Both the position numbers and the translations under genes were made by a program. A model generated the notes under the pieces. It ran no database searches. It saw nothing but the letters and a program-made list of their open reading frames with translations, and was not told the DNA's origin. From assembly GCA_034530875.2 (NCBI GenBank), contig JAVRCJ020000016.1, forward strand, positions 1 through 64,000: 64,000 nt of DNA, given 5' to 3'. This document shows, one piece after another, positions 1 through 5,643 of the stretch. The stretch comes from Nostoc sp. DedSLP01. Lineage in GTDB: Bacteria; Cyanobacteriota; Cyanobacteriia; Cyanobacteriales; Nostocaceae. The stretch's first letter is position 1. Each line of letters starts with the position of its first letter.

Positions 1-120
1 GCCAAAGAGATGGGTATGAGCAGGGCGGATTTGATAGCAGCTATAGCTCAGGAAAAAATTTACTTAGTAGAATCGAATCCCTTATCGGAGGAGGAGATTT
101 CGATCCTGGAAAAGTGTTAG
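1..120 (+). CDS. C-terminal part of a probable ribbon-helix-helix (CopG-like) DNA-binding protein, 5' truncated by the window
   Basis: Frame 1 reads AKEMGMSRADLIAAIAQEKIYLVESNPLSEEEISILEKC*; the A-x-x-x-G-x-S-R-x-x-L-I pattern is typical of RHH helices. Confidence 0.5.
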   Translation, partial: AKEMGMSRADLIAAIAQEKIYLVESNPLSEEEISILEKC

Positions 121-305
121 AAGCCGTTCGCATGATCAGGGATGCACATTTATCTTATGTACGCGCACACAAGCAACGGCTGAAAACAAGACTTGATGAG
201 GCTGAAGAGAACGAAACTGATTTTCTAAAATCCTGTGACCTAGTAGAACAGAAAATCCAGGGTTTTATAGACAAAACTGAAACACAAACAGACGAAAATG
301 CATAA
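3..305 (+). CDS. Coiled-coil hypothetical protein; frame open from the window start (track start GTG 114)
   Basis: Frame 3 has no stop from 3 to 305; helical heptad-like C-terminus HLSYVRAHKQRLKTRLDEAEENE. Confidence 0.55.
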   Translation, partial: QRDGYEQGGFDSSYSSGKNLLSRIESLIGGGDFDPGKVLEAVRMIRDAHLSYVRAHKQRLKTRLDEAEENETDFLKSCDLVEQKIQGFIDKTETQTDENA

Positions 306-426
306 ACCGTCCTGCCAGTAGAGGTTAGGGCGGTTTTTGCGTTGAATGGCGATCGCACTTGAGCTTCATGGAGTGCAGCGCCGCGGGGGTGAAGTGCGAT
401 CGCAGTTGACTAATAACCAATGACTA

Positions 427-624
427 ATGACCAAATGTAAAAACAGGCGCGGCAATGTCTGTGAGCCACCAAAAAACGATGAGCCGAGGTGCTTAACTTG
501 CCCTTACCGTCCTTGGCGAACCCTAGAACCAACCTTAGACTACGACGAGGAAGATGGACTGTGCTACCTTGACCGCACCTCACCCCAAGAGTATGAGCCG
601 GAACCAATAATTTGGATTTTTTGA
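427..624 (+). CDS. Small Cys-containing hypothetical protein
   Basis: 65-aa ORF with CLTCPY motif and acidic tail, co-oriented with neighbours. Confidence 0.45.
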   Translation: MTKCKNRRGNVCEPPKNDEPRCLTCPYRPWRTLEPTLDYDEEDGLCYLDRTSPQEYEPEPIIWIF

Positions 625-662
625 TCTAAAGCAGTTGACCAATAACTAATAACTAATGACCA

Positions 663-902
663 ATGACTAAAGAAAATAGAGATGACTTCCTAGCTCAGGT
701 ACAGCGTGCCAGTGATATTTGCGGAGTGGAATTAGCAAAATTTGTCAAATACATAGGAACCGTTGACCCAGAACTCGACTTCTATCAACGAACTATGGTA
801 GCAGCAATAATTATCAGCCACTTACCATCTGCTTTTAAAGATAATCCCCAAATGCTCGCACAGCTCAAAGAACAGTGTCAGGCAATTAAAAACCAAAATT
901 AA
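663..902 (+). CDS. Hypothetical protein (element)
   Basis: 79-aa ORF with normal helical composition. Confidence 0.6.
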   Translation: MTKENRDDFLAQVQRASDICGVELAKFVKYIGTVDPELDFYQRTMVAAIIISHLPSAFKDNPQMLAQLKEQCQAIKNQN

Positions 903-968
903 AAAACCAAAAAGCCACCGTAAGATTTAGCGATCGTGGTGGCTCTCTGAAAAATAACTAATAGTATT

Positions 969-1709
969 ATGCCAGAAAGTACATATAAAATCAATCTTCC
1001 TTGGACGGAAGAACACGAAGCATTTTGTTATCAAAACCATATACCTCCTGCGGCAAAAACTCTATGGCAATGGCTAATGAGGCAGGGAGTAATAGGCAGC
1101 GAGATAGAACCAGATTTATCAGAATTTAATGCCACAGTAGCAAAATCTAGAGGTAAACCTTATGCCCATAATTACCTCAAGAAGATATTCGACATACTTG
1201 TATCAACTCGTGTTTTGCAGATAGTAAAACAATATTCCTGGAAGATAACCAAGTTAGTTGTTAGACCATTGTCTTGGTTAAATCCACCCAAGAAACCGCG
1301 AGAAAAAAAGTTACAAAACCATAACTCCAGTTACGATTTAGACGCCTCAAACAATAAATCTGCCGATGACGAGGTATACAGCAGCAGCAATACTCTTACT
1401 CCCACCACAGCCGAATTTATCGAGTTAGAAAGGCAACACGAAATACTGACCTCTTGTGCTGAGTATGAAATATACTTTGACCCAAATAAAGCATCAACTA
1501 GGCATTTATTTGAGTTTGATATTGAGTACATCAAAGAAGCTTTAAATCACTTTGTTAAACGCGGAGGACACAAAGAAATTAAAAATCCTCAAGGATGGTT
1601 AATTAAATGTTTACGTGAGTGTTACTGGCAGGATGAACTATTTGGTTTATCGAGTTTTATCAAAGTTTTGAAATCTTGGTTCCCTACTGTCCTGCCAAGG
1701 GATTACTAG
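969..1709 (+). CDS. Putative replication/DNA-binding protein (winged-helix-like N-terminus, NPQGWL C-terminal motif)
   Basis: 246-aa ORF; IPPAAKTLWQWL...YLKKIFDILV helix pattern, low-complexity linker, IKNPQGWLIKCL motif reminiscent of phage/plasmid initiator C-termini (inference). Confidence 0.45.
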   Translation: MPESTYKINLPWTEEHEAFCYQNHIPPAAKTLWQWLMRQGVIGSEIEPDLSEFNATVAKSRGKPYAHNYLKKIFDILVSTRVLQIVKQYSWKITKLVVRPLSWLNPPKKPREKKLQNHNSSYDLDASNNKSADDEVYSSSNTLTPTTAEFIELERQHEILTSCAEYEIYFDPNKASTRHLFEFDIEYIKEALNHFVKRGGHKEIKNPQGWLIKCLRECYWQDELFGLSSFIKVLKSWFPTVLPRDY

Positions 1710-1729
1710 GGAATAACTGCATATAAAAA

Positions 1730-1747
1730 CTGCCCCTGAGGGGGCAG
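1730..1747. repeat. GC-rich hairpin CTGCCCC-TGAG-GGGGCAG
   Basis: Perfect 7-bp inverted repeat between the putative rep gene and the next ORF. Confidence 0.7.
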
Positions 1748-1769
1748 CGAGATAATAACCAGTTTGATT

Positions 1770-2363
1770 ATGAATCAACCAACATTATTTGACTTAGAAG
1801 CTTTTACTAAGTCCCCAATCTCCACTCCCCTTTACGATCCTTCCTGGGATGAAATCGAAACTGCCCCCCAACACACAGATAGCGATCGCTGGAATCCGGC
1901 CGACTTTGGAGAAGTACCAAGAAAGGCGGACGGCGACCAGCTGACAATTTTCTACGACGATAGCCACGAGCCACCAGACCCAGACGACTATCAAAACTTG
2001 GACGATTACAACGAAGCTTGGCGCCAATGGGAATTACGTGTTGGGGGGCAAAATTCAGAGTCACAACTTCCGTGTCAAAGTGTTGGGGGGCAAGTTACCT
2101 GTAATACTCAAAAATCTGCCCCCCAACACGATACGCACTGGGTAGAGAAGTACTGGGTAGAACGCTCCACTAATAAATATTGGTATTTTCGTTATTGCTG
2201 GATGTTTGGCCGCAAAATACACCGTCGTTACCTGGGGAGTGTGGACAGTCCCAAAGCCAAATTTAGAAAATCGGAAATTGAAAATGCGATCGCGGACGGT
2301 CAGTCACCCCAGGAAATTGAAAAAATGATTCGCTCCTGGCGTACTGGGGAGATGGGGAGGTAG
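1770..2363 (+). CDS. Hypothetical protein with acidic EPPDPDDY motif and basic aromatic C-terminal putative DNA-binding domain
   Basis: ORF 1764/1770-2363; YWVERSTNKYWYFRYCWMFGRKIHRRYLG resembles small three-stranded DNA-binding domains of mobile elements. Confidence 0.65.
   Translation: MNQPTLFDLEAFTKSPISTPLYDPSWDEIETAPQHTDSDRWNPADFGEVPRKADGDQLTIFYDDSHEPPDPDDYQNLDDYNEAWRQWELRVGGQNSESQLPCQSVGGQVTCNTQKSAPQHDTHWVEKYWVERSTNKYWYFRYCWMFGRKIHRRYLGSVDSPKAKFRKSEIENAIADGQSPQEIEKMIRSWRTGEMGR
1862..2129. repeat. Four exact copies of the 13-mer TGCCCCCCAACAC (two direct, two inverted)
   Basis: Copies at 1862-1874 (+), 2038-2050 (-), 2080-2092 (-), 2117-2129 (+). Confidence 0.9.
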
Positions 2364-2429
2364 GGGAAAGGGGAAAAGGGAAAACTAATGACCAATAACT
2401 AATAACTAATAACCAATGACTAATAACCA

Positions 2430-2660
2430 ATGAAAAAACAAACTATTTACGTTGCTCTTGCTCTAAGCCCTGACACCAGAGCCTTAGTTGCACTGTGCTG
2501 GCACGAAGACCAACTGAGAGCCGGCGACGTGGGCACAGTTCTAAGCCAGGAAAACAAGCTATCTTATTTCGGTGTCATCGGCTGCAATCATGCTGACTTT
2601 GAAGCCAGCTCCTCTTTTCCGGATGACCACTGGTTGAACGTAAAGCAGCAATCAGGCTAA
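2430..2660 (+). CDS. Hypothetical protein (element)
   Basis: 76-aa ORF, co-oriented, ATG start. Confidence 0.5.
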   Translation: MKKQTIYVALALSPDTRALVALCWHEDQLRAGDVGTVLSQENKLSYFGVIGCNHADFEASSSFPDDHWLNVKQQSG

Positions 2661-2970
2661 TCCCCATTCCCCATTCCCCAAATAAAAATTGCGCCGGGTG
2701 TGGAAAACTCATACCCAATGGGAGCAAAATGAAAACTGCGATCGCTTTGTTTGGTCTTTCGCCAAAGCGATCGCAGTTCTAAACGATTACATATTCAAGT
2801 TATTCGCCACAAACGGTTTTGTCACAGATTTGGGTAAATGGTATCGACTTCATCCCATGCCTGGTTCGCTAAGTTCTCCAGCGCCATCGCCAATAGCAGA
2901 GGATGATCGTAATGTCCGCGCTGCAAGCGATCGAAGAATATCTCAATTTGTAGGAATATGAGGTTGGGGT

Positions 2971-3576
2971 TCATAAAGTGGCGATCGCCCCCGCGAGGTC
3001 TTCCTCAGTCACATCGATGTACAGCGAAAGCATCTTCAAATCTGCATATCCCATCAGCTTTTGAATAACTCTTAGAGAAATACCCTTTTTAGCCAGATGT
3101 GTGACAAAGCTGCGGCGGCTACTGTGAGTACTGAACCCGCGGCCTCCCAGACCGGACTTTTCCACAGCTTCGCGAAACATCAAATCCGCATACCGCAGAG
3201 TGATGTGCTTGCTGATTTCCCCTTCGGTGTAATTTCTTTTAGCTGGGAACAGCCATTCTGAATCCGGATCTGGGGTGTATGCCATCAGAATTTCATTCAG
3301 ACTTGGGTGTACAGGTACTTCCCTAGTTTTCCTAATTTTCTGTTTTCCGCCACAAGCTTTGCGAGTTCTGGCTCGAAAAGTAATCGACTTGCGCGGAGTA
3401 CCGTCACAATTGTAAACATCACTGATTTTCATTTGCACCAGTGCCCCCCATCGTTCACCGGTAAACCAAGCCAAATCTAAAAGTACTTTGTATTTTTGAC
3501 TCTTGATGTTTCTGCGGATTTTAGAATATTCAGCTTGAGTGAAAACAGCTGCTTGACCATTGCGATTGTTTTTCAT
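2971..3576 (-). CDS. Tyrosine recombinase (catalytic domain only; resolvase/integrase)
   Basis: TGER (catalytic Arg), STHSSRR (H-x-x-R), LMGY...LSLY (catalytic Tyr); 201 aa with no N-terminal arm or core-binding domain. Confidence 0.92.
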   Translation of the reverse strand: MKNNRNGQAAVFTQAEYSKIRRNIKSQKYKVLLDLAWFTGERWGALVQMKISDVYNCDGTPRKSITFRARTRKACGGKQKIRKTREVPVHPSLNEILMAYTPDPDSEWLFPAKRNYTEGEISKHITLRYADLMFREAVEKSGLGGRGFSTHSSRRSFVTHLAKKGISLRVIQKLMGYADLKMLSLYIDVTEEDLAGAIATL

Positions 3577-3597
3577 AAATTAATTTTTGATGTTTGT

Positions 3598-3638
3598 GAC
3601 TTCCGGTTTAACCATTGCAGTTGGTTAATTCGGAAGTC
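3598..3638. other. Candidate recombinase core site or operator: 17-bp inverted arms with 7-bp spacer
   Basis: GACTTCCGGTTTAACCA-TTGCAGT-TGGTTAATTCGGAAGTC (15/17 symmetric), about 20 bp upstream of the recombinase start. Confidence 0.6.
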
Positions 3639-3709
3639 TTTATCTTTTAGCTAATACCTGAAATTGGATTAATCCTAACCACAGCAATAGTTTCATGGCT
3701 TCAGTGATA

Positions 3710-3735
3710 CTTCCGGTTTTACATAAAAGTGGAAG
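3710..3735. other. Second related inverted-repeat site
   Basis: CTTCCGGTTTT-ACAT-AAAAGTGGAAG; shares ACTTCCGGTTT with the left arm of the 3598 site. Confidence 0.5.
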
Positions 3736-3796
3736 ATTTACGAATTATTGAATCTCTCTTAAAACGGATTTATTCACTCATCAAAAATTTATTTTT

Positions 3797-4126
3797 ATGG
3801 CAGAGCCAACTTTAGTGCAGGTATTTGGAAGTGGAGCGACACAAGACGCTAGCACATTGACAATTCAAAAATCAGCGCTAGCAACAACTGGATTAACTGC
3901 AACCAGTAACAATACGGCTGAATCGTTATTAGTCGCCATTATTTTGAAAGCATCAAGTTATTTAACCGCAACTAATTTAGATGCCAATACAGACCAAAGT
4001 CTTTCGGTCGAGCAAGGTTATTCATCTATTGCTATCCGTAATAATTCAACTTACAGGCAGGATAGTTTCACGGTAAACCTACAGAAACCAGATACGTCAG
4101 GATCTATTGACCCCAACCTCTACTAA
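3797..4126 (+). CDS. Putative virion/structural protein A (paralog of next gene)
   Basis: 109 aa, S/T/A/N-rich; shares TL-Q-FG--A-QD-S---IQKS-L...NNTAESLLVA with 4126-4470. Confidence 0.7.
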   Translation: MAEPTLVQVFGSGATQDASTLTIQKSALATTGLTATSNNTAESLLVAIILKASSYLTATNLDANTDQSLSVEQGYSSIAIRNNSTYRQDSFTVNLQKPDTSGSIDPNLY

Positions 4127-4470
4127 TGCAATTAACCCTGCAACAGTTATTTGGTGCTAATGCCAGTCAAGATATCAGCCAAATCATTATTCAAAAATCT
4201 GATTTATTAGGGTTAACGCCAGCCACTAACAATACTGCTGAGTCCTTGTTAGTGGCTTTAATTTTAACTGCTGAATCAACTTTTGAAGGTGAAGTTGTAG
4301 ACAGCAACGGTAATTACTTGGCTGACAATCAAGGAAATATACTCTCTTTTGATAATTCACTACTATATGAAGAATTGGTTGTTAGCTATTGGCGCAAGCT
4401 TATCAAAGGTCAAAAAATCATTGACCAATTTGTATTATTCAAGTTTTCCAATTATGTCGAAACAAATTAA
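4126..4470 (+). CDS. Putative virion/structural protein B (paralog of previous gene)
   Basis: 114 aa; TAATG stop/start coupling; N-terminal about 50 aa homologous to 3797-4126. Confidence 0.7.
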   Translation: MQLTLQQLFGANASQDISQIIIQKSDLLGLTPATNNTAESLLVALILTAESTFEGEVVDSNGNYLADNQGNILSFDNSLLYEELVVSYWRKLIKGQKIIDQFVLFKFSNYVETN

Positions 4471-5050
4471 GGATTACATTGCTAAAACCAATTCCATCGG
4501 GAATGATTTATTTTTACTGCAAGATGCCAGCGATAACGCTTATAAAAAAATCACTGGAACAAATCTAGCTAATTTTATTACTGCCACTGTAGTCACAAAC
4601 AAATACATACAACTTTTAGATTTAAAATCAGATAATTCTCATGGTGGCAGCGCTACAGCAGGAAGTTGGCTTAGTCGCGACCTCAATACAATTGCTAATG
4701 ATGATACTGGCTCGGTTGTTCTCAGCAATAACTTATTTGTACTGCCGGCTGGCACTTACATTGCAAATATTCAAATACCATTTGAAGTTACCGGGCGAAC
4801 GAGGTGTAGATTGAGGAACACTACAGACGGCACCGATATCCTTTACTCTTCCTCTGAATACTTTCAAACGGGCAATGGTAGCAGCGGGCATTGCTTTATA
4901 AAAGGAAAGTTCACCATTGCTTCTAATAAAAGCTTGCAAGTTCAGTATCGCTGCAACACTTCTCAAGCTAGCTTTGGACTAGGAAATGCTACAGGATTTG
5001 GAAGCCCAAATGAGATTTTTACCATAGTTGAATTATCTAAAATCAGTTAA
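4454..5050 (+). CDS. Putative receptor-binding/fibre-tip protein (beta-sandwich C-terminus)
   Basis: ATG at 4454 overlaps previous stop; DLK...GGSATAGSWLSRDLNT...LPAGTY segment resembles C-terminal domains of phage fibre proteins. Confidence 0.6.
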   Translation: MSKQIKDYIAKTNSIGNDLFLLQDASDNAYKKITGTNLANFITATVVTNKYIQLLDLKSDNSHGGSATAGSWLSRDLNTIANDDTGSVVLSNNLFVLPAGTYIANIQIPFEVTGRTRCRLRNTTDGTDILYSSSEYFQTGNGSSGHCFIKGKFTIASNKSLQVQYRCNTSQASFGLGNATGFGSPNEIFTIVELSKIS

Positions 5051-5643
5051 TGTATTGCACTCAATCTAATAAAGGTAAAATCTTCTTTTTTCAGAATGGG
5101 AAGAAAGAAGTATTAGAAATTCCATCTTCTTTTGATATTTCTTGCTCCTCTCAAAATTCTGCTTGTGGATTAAGTGGAACCTATACTTTCAGTTACACAA
5201 CTCCCGCACCAAATCCAATTGGTACAATGTCGTTTGCTAGTTTTAGCGGCGAAACTTGGTATTTTAAAAGCAAGCCAGCACCTTCCACCACAGAATACAA
5301 TCAAGGTTTGTCTTGGGATTTGTACGCCAATTGCGCCGGGGCGGAAAGATTAGTTTATTCTAATTTCAGCATTTTAAGCGGTCATCCTATAGTTCTTAGC
5401 AGCAATTTTGTAATTGATTCATCAGCTAACAAATATCTCAGAGTAACTAACGCTTCCGGGCAGTTAATAGCGCAACTAAAAGCAGATAATTGCAACTTTG
5501 ATGTAGCTTGTAGTGAAGATTGCCCAGCAGGTAAATGCAAATGTGCAACTGATAGTTACCCTGGATATTGTTGCTTAGATTGTGCTGCAACCGCTGCAAA
5601 CATTAAAGCAATTACCAACGAGTTGAGGGCAAATTATGGCTGA
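5050..5643 (+). CDS. Hypothetical protein with Cys-rich C-terminal module
   Basis: 197 aa; CSEDCPAGKCKCATDSYPGYCCLDC followed by a short helix; TAATG coupling. Confidence 0.7.
   Translation: MYCTQSNKGKIFFFQNGKKEVLEIPSSFDISCSSQNSACGLSGTYTFSYTTPAPNPIGTMSFASFSGETWYFKSKPAPSTTEYNQGLSWDLYANCAGAERLVYSNFSILSGHPIVLSSNFVIDSSANKYLRVTNASGQLIAQLKADNCNFDVACSEDCPAGKCKCATDSYPGYCCLDCAATAANIKAITNELRANYG

Noticed and set aside
2689..2961. 90-aa ORF between the left module and the recombinase
   Set aside because: TTG start, several HIP1-like sites and no recognisable protein pattern; probably non-coding or degenerate.
4349..4453. N-terminal extension of the 233-aa ORF in the track
   Set aside because: Overlaps the preceding gene by over 100 bp; ATG 4454 near the previous stop fits the operon pattern better.
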